A stretch of DNA of 64,000 nucleotides from assembly GCA_963674965.2 (NCBI GenBank), contig CAXXFL010000007.1:128001-192000 (forward strand). The letters run 5' to 3'. The translations under genes and the position numbers were made by a program. Below, in pieces: positions 47,531 through 58,940 of this stretch. The notes under the pieces were generated by a model. The model was not told the DNA's origin. It saw only the letters and a program-made list of their open reading frames with translations, and made no database searches. Position 1 is the first letter of the stretch. Every line of letters begins with the position of its first letter. The stretch is from a bacterium (GTDB taxonomy: Bacteria > RBG-13-61-14 > DATKZS01).

Positions 47531-48988
47531 ATGGCGCGAGTCGTCTTCATCCAGACCGAGTGGTTCGAGCACCTGGGCATACTCTCGCTGGCGGCCTCGG
47601 TAAGGGCCGCCGGACACGACGTAAAGATAGTGGTCGGCCGGTCGCCCAAAAAAGTCGTTCCCCTCGTCATGGAGGCCCATCCAGACGTGGCGGCCTTCAG
47701 CGCCACCACGGGCTCCCATAAGGTCTCGCTCCATATCGCCTCCGCTCTTCGTCCCTATTTCAAGGGATCGATCATCATGGGAGGGCCGCACCCGACCTTT
47801 TTTCCCGAGGTCATTAACGACCCCGCCCTTGACGCCATCTGCCGGGGCGAGGCCGACCTGGCCCTGGTGAATTTCCTGGACAACCTGGAGGCGGGACAAG
47901 ACCTGACCGGGGTCAGGGGCTTCTGGGTCAAGTCGGGAAACGAGGTGGCAAGGAACGCGGCCGCGGCCCCGGTGGCCGACCTTGACTCGCTTCCCTTTCC
48001 CGCCCGTGACCTGCTCGTCGATTCCGACCCCTGGTTCGGCCGCTTCTCGATGAGGCGGGTCATAACCGGAAGGGGATGCCCCCACGAGTGCACCTATTGC
48101 TTCAACCGGGCCATGCGCGAGCTGGTCAAGGGGTCGGGACCATACGTCCGGACCAGGAGCGTGGACCACGTTATCGCCGAACTCAAGGCCATCGGGGCTG
48201 GACGAAAAGGCGGCAACAAGGAAGCCCCGCCCATGACCATCAACTTCGTGGACGACAGCTTCGGGTTGAACAAGAGATGGGCGCTCGAGCTGCTGGCAAG
48301 GTACGGCGAGGAGATACGGCTTCCCTTCATCGTGAACCTGAGGCCCGAGCAGGCCGGCCTCGAGATGGTCAAGGCCCTGGCCGACGCGGGCTGCTACTGC
48401 GTTCAACTGGGGGTCGAAAGCTCTTGCGCCGAGACCAGGCGCAAGGTCCTGGGCCGGGAGGTAACGGACGAGACCCTCGAGTCGGCCGTCCGGGGGGTCA
48501 AGTCCATGGGCCTCAAGCTTCTGACTTACAACATCGTGGGCCTGCCGGACGAGAGGCTGGAGGACGCGGCCGAGACCCTCGAGTGGAACGCCCGGATGGG
48601 CGTCGACTTTCCCCGCGTTTCCATTTTTCAGCCCTATCCGCGGACCGTGCTTGGCGACATGGTCCTGTCCCGACTCGCCGCCGAAAACGGAGGGAAAGTA
48701 CCCAACGGATCGGCCGCCGACCTCGTCAGAGAGAACTATTTCAGGCGCTCTCCGCTGGGAGGTCCCGAGTCGAGAAGGATCGAGAACCTGCACAAGCTTT
48801 ACTATCCTTACATAAAGCTACCCGCCTTAAGGGGGCTAATATTAAAACTCTCGGGCGCTCCTTCCAACGTCCTTTTCGACTTCCTTTTCCTGGCGGCCAT
48901 CGGGGCCCAGTACAAAGAGGCCGCCAACCTGGGCGCGCGGGAAACCATCTCGCTTGGCCTTAAGAACTTGAAGGCCTACTTTGCATAA
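47531..48988 (+). CDS. B12-binding radical SAM protein
   Basis: MGGPHPT, GEAD, RGCPHECTYC, FVDDSF, GVES. Confidence 0.92.
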   Translation: MARVVFIQTEWFEHLGILSLAASVRAAGHDVKIVVGRSPKKVVPLVMEAHPDVAAFSATTGSHKVSLHIASALRPYFKGSIIMGGPHPTFFPEVINDPALDAICRGEADLALVNFLDNLEAGQDLTGVRGFWVKSGNEVARNAAAAPVADLDSLPFPARDLLVDSDPWFGRFSMRRVITGRGCPHECTYCFNRAMRELVKGSGPYVRTRSVDHVIAELKAIGAGRKGGNKEAPPMTINFVDDSFGLNKRWALELLARYGEEIRLPFIVNLRPEQAGLEMVKALADAGCYCVQLGVESSCAETRRKVLGREVTDETLESAVRGVKSMGLKLLTYNIVGLPDERLEDAAETLEWNARMGVDFPRVSIFQPYPRTVLGDMVLSRLAAENGGKVPNGSAADLVRENYFRRSPLGGPESRRIENLHKLYYPYIKLPALRGLILKLSGAPSNVLFDFLFLAAIGAQYKEAANLGARETISLGLKNLKAYFA

Positions 48989-49111
48989 TCCCGGCGCCGC
49001 CCGTTTTCGATGAAAGCGCCGGCCCCTTCGAAATCGGTTTTCTTATTTTGCCTTATTGTATAATTCTAGTATGATTGATGCCACAGCGCGGAAACGCGGC
49101 GGGAGGCTTAC

Positions 49112-50170
49112 ATGAAAGTATCCGATCTTGACCTTACGCGCATGCTGAGTTTCCAGCCGGACAAGGGCCTCATCCTTTTCGGCGGCGATCGCATGCTCCT
49201 TTTCCGGGAAGAGGCTTTCCGCGAGCTTCGAAAGCTCGTCTTCTCCCAACTGGGATCGGAACTGGCCCGGGGCATCCTGACCCAGTTCGGTTATCGTTGC
49301 GGGAAGGGCGACTACCATACCCTGACCTCGAACTACGAATGGGACACCGAGGGCGACAAGGCCGCCTGCGGAGCGGCCCTTCATTCGTGGGAAGGCATCG
49401 TCAAGGCCGAGGGGACCTTCATCGAGTTCGACCGCGCGAGCCTTCATTACCACAGGAAGGGAAAGTGGACCAATTCCTACGAGGCCGACGTCCATATCCA
49501 GGAGTTCGGATTCAGCGACGAGCCCGTTTGCCACACCCTGACCGGATACGCCAGCGGCTGGGCCTCCTCCTTCGTGGGCGCCGATTGCGTGGCCATCGAG
49601 ACCATGTGCGCCGGAATGGGGGCGGACCACTGCGAGTTCGAGATCAGACGCTCCCACGCCTGGGGACCCGAGGCCGACCCTTGGAAGAGGGCCCTTACCG
49701 CCGACCAGGCCTCTATCCACAAGGAGTTGGAGGAAAAGCTGGCCATCATCGAGCGACAGAAGGAAGCCATCCACAAGCTCTCGACGCCCATCCTCGAGAT
49801 GGGGGACGGCGTGATCGTAGCCCCTATTATCGGGATCGTGGACTCGATGAGAAGCCGGGAGATCATGGACAACCTGCTCGCCCATATCGTGTCCAAGCAG
49901 TCGGACAGGGTCATCATCGACGTCACCGGGGTCGAGTACGTGGACACCAGCACGGCCAATTACTTCCTCAAGATAGTCGAGGCCGCCGGCCTGCTGGGGG
50001 CCAGGTGCGTGGTCTCGGGAATCAGCCCCTCCATCGCCCAGGTGATGACCGAGATAGGGATCGACTTGAAAGGCGTCGTTACCGCCCGCTCTCTTAAAGA
50101 CGCGCTCAGCCTCCACGGAATCCAGGCCAGTCGCTCCCGCAAGAAAAGGGACAAGGAGATCATCCTCTAA
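49112..50170 (+). CDS. RsbR paralogue: XylR-N/V4R sensor + STAS
   Basis: NSYEA, PVCHTLTGYASG, ETMC..GADHCEF; KLSTPIL, IDVTGVEYVDT. Confidence 0.88.
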   Translation: MKVSDLDLTRMLSFQPDKGLILFGGDRMLLFREEAFRELRKLVFSQLGSELARGILTQFGYRCGKGDYHTLTSNYEWDTEGDKAACGAALHSWEGIVKAEGTFIEFDRASLHYHRKGKWTNSYEADVHIQEFGFSDEPVCHTLTGYASGWASSFVGADCVAIETMCAGMGADHCEFEIRRSHAWGPEADPWKRALTADQASIHKELEEKLAIIERQKEAIHKLSTPILEMGDGVIVAPIIGIVDSMRSREIMDNLLAHIVSKQSDRVIIDVTGVEYVDTSTANYFLKIVEAAGLLGARCVVSGISPSIAQVMTEIGIDLKGVVTARSLKDALSLHGIQASRSRKKRDKEIIL

Positions 50171-50335
50171 GGCCGGCCAGGTCCCCGGCGCCTCGAATTT
50201 TGCGCGACGTTCTTGCCATGGCTTTAACTTCGGAGCCTGCCCCCCTTGGTTTGTCTTGTATTAGCGGTTAGAGCGGCTATCATAGAACCATCGTTTTAAA
50301 ATATTTTAAACCGGCCCATATAAGGAGGAAATTTA

Positions 50336-51007
50336 ATGAAAAGGAAAGCGGCCCTGGCGTTTTTCGCGGTATTTTGCGCGGCGGCCCTGATAGGGGCCTC
50401 GCCGTCGGGCGTCAATTTCAGCGGTACCTGGCAGACGCAGTGGGGCAAGCTCATATTAAACCAGTCGGGAGACAGGGTGACGGGAACTTACTCCTACGTC
50501 GGCGGCAACGGCCAGGCGATTAACGGGTCCATCGAGGGAAAGGTTAAAAAGGACCGGCTCGACTTCAAGTGGGCCCAGACCCCCACCTACTCGACGCCAA
50601 GCGACGCGGGCGACGGCTACTTCATCATCGCCACCGACGGCAAAAAAATCGACGGCAAATGGCGCTACGGCTACAGCGGGGAGTGGAAAGGCGACTGGAA
50701 CGGCACGCTCTTGTCCATCGCCCCCAAGGACTTCAGCGGAAGCTGGAACACCGAATGGGGAGTACTTACAATCAGACAAAACGGCGAGAGCGTCACCGGC
50801 GAGTATACCCACAAGGCGGGCAAGATCGAGGGCACCGTTAGCGGCGACCGGCTGAACTTCTTCTGGGCCCAGTCCCCCAGCTACTCGACTCCCAGCGACG
50901 CGGGCGACGGCTACTTTATCATCTCCACCGACGGAAAAAAGCTAAACGGAAAATGGCGTTACGGATACAGCGGAGAATGGCAAGGAGACTGGAGCGGCTC
51001 AAAATAA
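50336..51007 (+). CDS. Secreted protein made of two tandem ~95-aa Trp/Gly-rich beta domains
   Basis: Signal peptide; FSG.W.T.WG...WAQ.P.YSTPSDAGDGYFII.TDGKK..GKWRYGYSGEW occurs twice. Confidence 0.85.
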   Translation: MKRKAALAFFAVFCAAALIGASPSGVNFSGTWQTQWGKLILNQSGDRVTGTYSYVGGNGQAINGSIEGKVKKDRLDFKWAQTPTYSTPSDAGDGYFIIATDGKKIDGKWRYGYSGEWKGDWNGTLLSIAPKDFSGSWNTEWGVLTIRQNGESVTGEYTHKAGKIEGTVSGDRLNFFWAQSPSYSTPSDAGDGYFIISTDGKKLNGKWRYGYSGEWQGDWSGSK

Positions 51008-51135
51008 AAGCACGGCGACTCTAATACAAGTTATCCTCCCGGCCCGGCGGTGAATGGACCTTCAGCCCAAGCGCGCTCAGTTTCCCGTCGGGGCGGGAAA
51101 ATATTTTTCCGCGTAAAAAGGTCCCTTCGTTCCGC

Positions 51136-51633
51136 TCAGTCCAGCTTTAAAATTTTACCCTCGATTGATTCCACCTCTATCTTTATTATTCCCAGGGTCC
51201 TCGGTCCCTCGATCTCGTCGGGCCCGCAGTATCCGGGGTTGATAAAAAGGATATCTCTTATCCGCTCGCAAACGGCGAAGTGGGTGTGGCCGAAAACCAT
51301 GACCTGAGGCGCAAACCCTTTATCCGCCATCAAGTTGGCGATGAGATGCTTATGCTGGTCCCAGGATATGGTTATCATGCGGTGGGTCAAAAAGAACTGG
51401 ACGCCGAAAATAACGGCGGCCCCCGGGTCTTTGAGCAGCCGGTCCTGGATATCCGGCTCATTGTCGTAATTTCCCTTGACTATGGTAAGGGGAGCTATTT
51501 TTTCCAGGCGCTCGATCACCTTGATACCGCCCACGTCTCCGGCGTGGACAATGTGCTCGACGTTCGCGAAAAGCGTTTCCACTTGGGGATGGATGTATCC
51601 GTGAGTGTCGGAGATAACGCCTATTCTGGTCAT
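51136..51633 (-). CDS. YfcE-like metallophosphoesterase
   Basis: ISDTH, HAGD, GNYD, FGHTH, NPG. Confidence 0.92.
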   Translation of the reverse strand: MTRIGVISDTHGYIHPQVETLFANVEHIVHAGDVGGIKVIERLEKIAPLTIVKGNYDNEPDIQDRLLKDPGAAVIFGVQFFLTHRMITISWDQHKHLIANLMADKGFAPQVMVFGHTHFAVCERIRDILFINPGYCGPDEIEGPRTLGIIKIEVESIEGKILKLD

Positions 51634-51886
51634 AGCGGCCTTTCTGACGGGTCAGGTAAAAAGGTAAAGGGCTGATTTTTCCGCGCTCATTACAATAAAA
51701 AGCGCCGGATACCGCGCACAGGGAACACGGCCATCCGGCTCCTCGCAACGACAGGTGGGAATTGCGAGTAACAATAGGCTAACATAGAAAAGGGGTGAGT
51801 TCAACGAAAAATTTACTGATTGGTAATATTTTAACAAAATATTTTCAGCTACTTACATAATTTTGTAAGGCGGTAAATTTCAGGCG

Positions 51887-52402
51887 TTACTTTTTTTCCG
51901 CTTCCAGGGCCTTTTTGCGCTGTTTTACATATCGGCTTCTTTTCATCCTTCCAATATGGTCGATAAAGAGTTTTCCATTCAAATGGTCTATCTCATGCTG
52001 GAGCACTCTGGCCATAAAGCCCTCGGCCGTGACCAAAATATTCTCGCCCTTCAGGTTCTTGGCCTGGACCTTGATTTTCAGGGCCCTTTTGACCTCGGCG
52101 GTGAAATCCGGCACGGAAAGACAGCCCTCTTCCATGGTCTCCGTGTCCTCGTCCATCTCGATTATTCGAGGATTAACTAGCGTTATCAAGTTCTTAGGCT
52201 CGTCCTGTTTGGATATGTCCGCCACCAGGAGCCGCTTGGCCAAACCGATCTGGTTGGCGGCCAGCCCCACTCCCGGGGCATGGTACATGGTCTCGGCCAT
52301 GTCGTCGATCAATTTGAGGATTTCGTCGTTTATTCCCTCCAGGTCCCTGGCCTCCTCCTTAAGGACGGGGTTTGGAAACTCGACGATTTCAAGTATGGCC
52401 AT
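51887..52402 (-). CDS. def: Peptide deformylase
   Basis: GVGLAANQIG, EGCLS, QHEIDHL. Confidence 0.96.
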   Translation of the reverse strand: MAILEIVEFPNPVLKEEARDLEGINDEILKLIDDMAETMYHAPGVGLAANQIGLAKRLLVADISKQDEPKNLITLVNPRIIEMDEDTETMEEGCLSVPDFTAEVKRALKIKVQAKNLKGENILVTAEGFMARVLQHEIDHLNGKLFIDHIGRMKRSRYVKQRKKALEAEKK

Positions 52403-52412
52403 AGCACTTCCT

Positions 52413-54902
<2,490 letters not shown>

Positions 54903-54922
54903 TCATGATCGATATATATCCG

Positions 54923-54951
54923 ATTATACCAGAAAAATGGTTTTTTTGCAA
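54923..54951 (-). promoter_or_regulatory. Sigma70-type promoter of gyrB-def
   Basis: TTGCAA-N17-TATAAT with TGn extension. Confidence 0.7.
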
Positions 54952-55868
54952 GGATTTCCGCGCCTCTAGCCACTGGTTAAACTATTGTTATTTAAGCTTT
55001 TATTCTTTCGCTGAAAATTAGTTCGCCCACCCGTTGGCAAAGGGATGATAACTTCCTCCGGACCGCTCAAATTTCCCGATAATTTGACAAATCATGGAGC
55101 GCTTTTCGCCCCCTTCTTGCACTGAATAACAAGCTGATCGCCGCCCCTTTCAAGTCGTATGAAATCTTTGCATAGACAAAGGCCCTTCCGTGGAGTATTT
55201 ACATGTTTATCATTAATATTCAGTGCCTTACAATTACGGTTCATTCTTTGAACCTGTATTCAATCAACCGATTGTTTAATATAAGTCCCTGTACAGACAA
55301 GAGAAGTTGGAATCATTGTTTTAAAGCCTTATCCGGCCCCGGGCTTTTTTTAAGGGGCTGGCTCGAAAATTGCTTTTTATACTTGTGTTTCCCTTAGAAG
55401 ATGAATATCGCATCTCGATCGACGCAACCTGGACCAGATATTCGAAAACATTGAATCCAGAAAGGAGAAGGTGATGACGGGTAATCCAGTCCACGACGAT
55501 AGTTCATGGCCGAGGTCTTACCGTAATACTATAAACCTTTTAATATGGAAAGGGGCGTGAGGTTTGAGGGCCGGGTGGGGAACTCGGCCCTCGAACCCAA
55601 CCCAACCGGCTCATTGATTGACAGGGAGAGGGGATGAGGAAGAAGAGGCCAAACCCCGTCCACCAGAACTGACGGCAGAGGTCGGCCCGAAAGAAGGGAT
55701 TTATTTCATCGAACGAGTGAAGCCTTCAAAGAGCAGTGGTATGATCCGCCGGCCCGCCCGGCGGGTGACCAAGCAGGTTTTGCAGAAACCGTCCGGGGCC
55801 CTCGAGGGACGGGAGCTATTTTCCAAGCCGCCTCGGCATTTTTGCGCAAGCTATGCGTACATACCCGT

Positions 55869-57062
55869 TTATTCCCGGTTTCTCCGGCCGCGATTATAAA
55901 GTACGTAAAAAAGTAGAACCATAACTAATACTATAAACGCAATAGCGCCAATCCAAACGGTTTGAGATTTTTCATCGCCGGAGCCGCCACCTGAAGGCGG
56001 TTTGGGTGACCGATCCGTTTTTTTATCCGCATCGGGAGACTTCTCATCGTTCCCGCCGGCTTTTTTCAAACCTTCGGGAGTCGGGGTCTTGTCATCAGGT
56101 TTCTGAGAATCGTCGGGCTTATTGTCATCCTTCGATGATCCATCATTTTTTTCCTTTTTTTTAACCACATCGGCCTCTTTGTCTTTCAAGCAGTCATCTA
56201 ATTCACCTACTCGATTTTTGTGACGAGATCGACTGAACCATCCGCCAAAATCAACTTTTTTATTCTTTGACATTGAGGAGGGACTGCCGCGTCTCTCGTC
56301 AACACTCAACGTTATAAATCCTATTTTTTCTCCATCCGCCCACCAGAGCATGTCATTAAACCAGGTTCTAACCCACTCCCTATTAACTTTTCTTTCCTCT
56401 TTTTTTAGGGCCATTTCATAATAAGCGGGGCGATAGCCATAGGATATCCCATCTATTTCCCCCGCCTTGATAAAGTCGAAATTTAGCGTTTCCTCATCCT
56501 TCATTACCCACTCACCATTAACCACAGCCTCATATTCAGGAAGCGTATTAACGAATAACTTATTAGCAAGTTCACTGGCCTTTGATTGGTCAGATGGTAT
56601 GCCCTTGCCATCTTTTCTTGTTATAATAACGGAAATTAAATTATAGCTTTCTACATGATAGATGCGATAATCGAGCATTTCAAAATGAGTACAAATTTTA
56701 TTTACCTGGTCCCATTCAAGAACAAACGTAATATCGTCCGACAGCCAATCCGGTTTAATCCAATGTTTTATCGATCTGCCATTACGGAAACTCTGCAGAT
56801 AACACGCATTTTCAGGAAGTAGGCTTTCAGCCTCAATATAGTCTGGGAATATACAACGAGACGTGATAATATCTTTGCATTGACTCCCGCATCCCCACTC
56901 GTTCTCAAGTATCTCGAAAAGAGCGGGTTTGAATTCTAGTACCATATCCTCGGCATTCGTCGCGCGAGAAAAGGCAATCGAACATAACTGGATAATAAGA
57001 AGCGGATATAACCATTTTCCAATTTTCGGCAATCTCATTTTACAATCCCTCATTAAGGCCAT
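55869..57062 (-). CDS. AT-rich exported hypothetical protein with K/D/P-rich linker and C-terminal membrane anchor
   Basis: Signal-like N-terminus, low-complexity linker, TM helix followed by RGRRNR. Confidence 0.75.
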   Translation of the reverse strand: MALMRDCKMRLPKIGKWLYPLLIIQLCSIAFSRATNAEDMVLEFKPALFEILENEWGCGSQCKDIITSRCIFPDYIEAESLLPENACYLQSFRNGRSIKHWIKPDWLSDDITFVLEWDQVNKICTHFEMLDYRIYHVESYNLISVIITRKDGKGIPSDQSKASELANKLFVNTLPEYEAVVNGEWVMKDEETLNFDFIKAGEIDGISYGYRPAYYEMALKKEERKVNREWVRTWFNDMLWWADGEKIGFITLSVDERRGSPSSMSKNKKVDFGGWFSRSRHKNRVGELDDCLKDKEADVVKKKEKNDGSSKDDNKPDDSQKPDDKTPTPEGLKKAGGNDEKSPDADKKTDRSPKPPSGGGSGDEKSQTVWIGAIAFIVLVMVLLFYVLYNRGRRNRE

Positions 57063-57392
57063 TTTTCAGCCCGTGTTGTCCCGTCGTCATCTATTTTCGG
57101 GTTGCCCCCCAGGCAATAAAAAACCTCCATCCCCGGCCTAGTTTCATCTTCTGGAGACAAATATACCCGACCGTGATTGCAGATTCAAGGTAAAGAACGC
57201 CTCCACGCGTTCCTTATTAATGGCGCGGTACCAAACGCCTTTGCGCTTGAATCCCCGGGGATAAAGATATCAATGTGCAAGATGACAGTTCTGGGCACAG
57301 TGTACTTAATTTTTGAAAATCAACTGGGTTCTTCGACGATGAATATTGATGGAATATTCATAAACGCCTCTCTAGCCGTAAATAAAGGCGAG

Positions 57393-57458
57393 ATAAGTAT
57401 GCTGTCCCCAGATCTGTGCAGATCTGACAGATCTCCCTGTCCCCAGATCTCCAGATCT
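57393..57458. repeat. Cluster of five CAGATCT units with two CTGTCCCCAGATCT copies
   Basis: CAGATCT at 57409, 57419, 57428, 57444, 57452; CTGTCCCCAGATCT at 57402 and 57437. Confidence 0.85.
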
Positions 57459-57461
57459 ACA

Positions 57462-57560
57462 AAAAAGGGAATCATCCGCTTCGCCCATTACGGATCATCC
57501 ATGGCCGACGTCCCTGAGAACGAGGAGATTCTCGAGATCATCGACCAAATGGAGGATTAG
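57462..57560 (+). pseudogene. 3' remnant of an AhpC/TSA-like (thioredoxin-fold) gene
   Basis: KKGIIRFAHYGSSMADVPENEEILEII* resembles the C-terminus of that family; no matching 5' part upstream. Confidence 0.6.
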
Positions 57561-57735
57561 GCGGGGCGTCCGTCCGTTATCGGCCCTTAAATAAGTCCTT
57601 AACCGCCTATACCGTCCCTTACCATTTCCCGCCGATTCCCGGGCCGCTTTGCAATTTCCTTCCCCTATGGCATTATTGTAGCCTCATGAACGATCCCCGG
57701 CCGGCGAGTCGATCTCCGGCCGTACGGAGGAGCCG

Positions 57736-58626
57736 ATGATAAGTCAAAACGTGATAATCCAGGACGTGGACGTCGAGCAGTGGCTTAACGTTTTCAAGCT
57801 CGCGGCGGGAAAACTTCCGCCCCGGGAAAAGACCTCGAGGCCCGGGGACGCCGCCGGGAAAAAGAAACGCGGGCGCTCGACGCTCCGGCTCATAGTGGAG
57901 GACGGCCGCTGCCTCAAGGCCTTTCACGGCGAAAAAGGCCCGCTCCGGGATTATAGTCCACTGACGACCGACGACCCCGCGGCCCTGGCCGAGGCCGAGG
58001 GCGTGGGTCGGGTAATCATCATCGAGCGGGGGACCCCCCGGAAAATAATGCACCGCGTACAGTCGGGCCTGACCCTGGACATGAACTTCGGCCAGCAGGC
58101 GCTGCTCATTTACGGCGAGATCAGAAAAGAAATGGGCCAGGGCATCAAAATCCATCCCCGCCCCAAAATGCCCGACGTAAAATACGGCGCCATTAACACG
58201 GCCGTCAAGTTCATGGCCCCTCCCAACGAGCTGATCATGGTCGCGATCTACGACGAAAGCGGCGAAATCAGGGACAGCAGGGGCCTGCCCATCGTCTGGT
58301 CCGGCATCATGAGGCTGGACAAGGACTATAATATCGACCTCCTCAGCACCACCGACAGCCTGGTCTCGGCCGGCCTCAAGGTCTCGGACTGGAAAAAGGA
58401 CTTCGAGTCCATGAACGCGCTGGCCAAAAAGGTCTGGCAATCCAATTTGTTCGCGGCCTACCACCTTCCCCTTACCGCCGTTCCCGAGTTGGTAAAGCGG
58501 GCGAAATCCGGCAATCCCGGCAAAGCCCTGCTCGAGATGAGGAAAGAGAAAAAGATCATCATCGATCCATTCCCCCTTCGTCTCCGGACCCTCCTGAAAA
58601 TGGGCGGGATGATGAAAATAAAATAG
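57736..58626 (+). CDS. Hypothetical protein
   Basis: GGAGGAG RBS, host-like codon usage, no motif recognised. Confidence 0.8.
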   Translation: MISQNVIIQDVDVEQWLNVFKLAAGKLPPREKTSRPGDAAGKKKRGRSTLRLIVEDGRCLKAFHGEKGPLRDYSPLTTDDPAALAEAEGVGRVIIIERGTPRKIMHRVQSGLTLDMNFGQQALLIYGEIRKEMGQGIKIHPRPKMPDVKYGAINTAVKFMAPPNELIMVAIYDESGEIRDSRGLPIVWSGIMRLDKDYNIDLLSTTDSLVSAGLKVSDWKKDFESMNALAKKVWQSNLFAAYHLPLTAVPELVKRAKSGNPGKALLEMRKEKKIIIDPFPLRLRTLLKMGGMMKIK

Positions 58627-58940
58627 GCAAACAATAACGGATGCTTAATCGATCACGGACCCGATCTCGCTCTCCCGATCAAATCCCTGAAGGCCGTCAG
58701 GCATATTATGCATGGCGGTCTTTTATTATCCGCTGAAATCATTATTTTTTTTCCTTGAATTCTTTATATCGATCATCTATCTTAACCAAAGCGCGAAAAT
58801 CGTGCCCGCGAGCGAAGGAGCGCCTCTCACGCGACACATGGGAATCATTCCCGATCGAGTAAAATCTTGTCTTTACTCGTCAAGTAAATTTGAGGTAATA
58901 AACGTCTTTTCGAGCCAAGCTTTGTACGGGAGAACGCGTC

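Noticed and set aside
50255..50295. AGCGGTTAGAGCG resembling a tRNA D-arm
   Set aside because: No acceptor stem, anticodon arm or T-arm.
54950..55450. Possible oriC upstream of gyrB
   Set aside because: No TTATCCACA DnaA boxes seen and no dnaA/dnaN nearby.
57393..57458. CRISPR-like short repeats
   Set aside because: Units are 7 bp with 1-9 bp gaps, and there are no cas genes.
57177..57560. 127-aa ORF as an intact gene
   Set aside because: Chimeric reading through AT-rich DNA and the repeat scar; only the last ~32 codons look coding.
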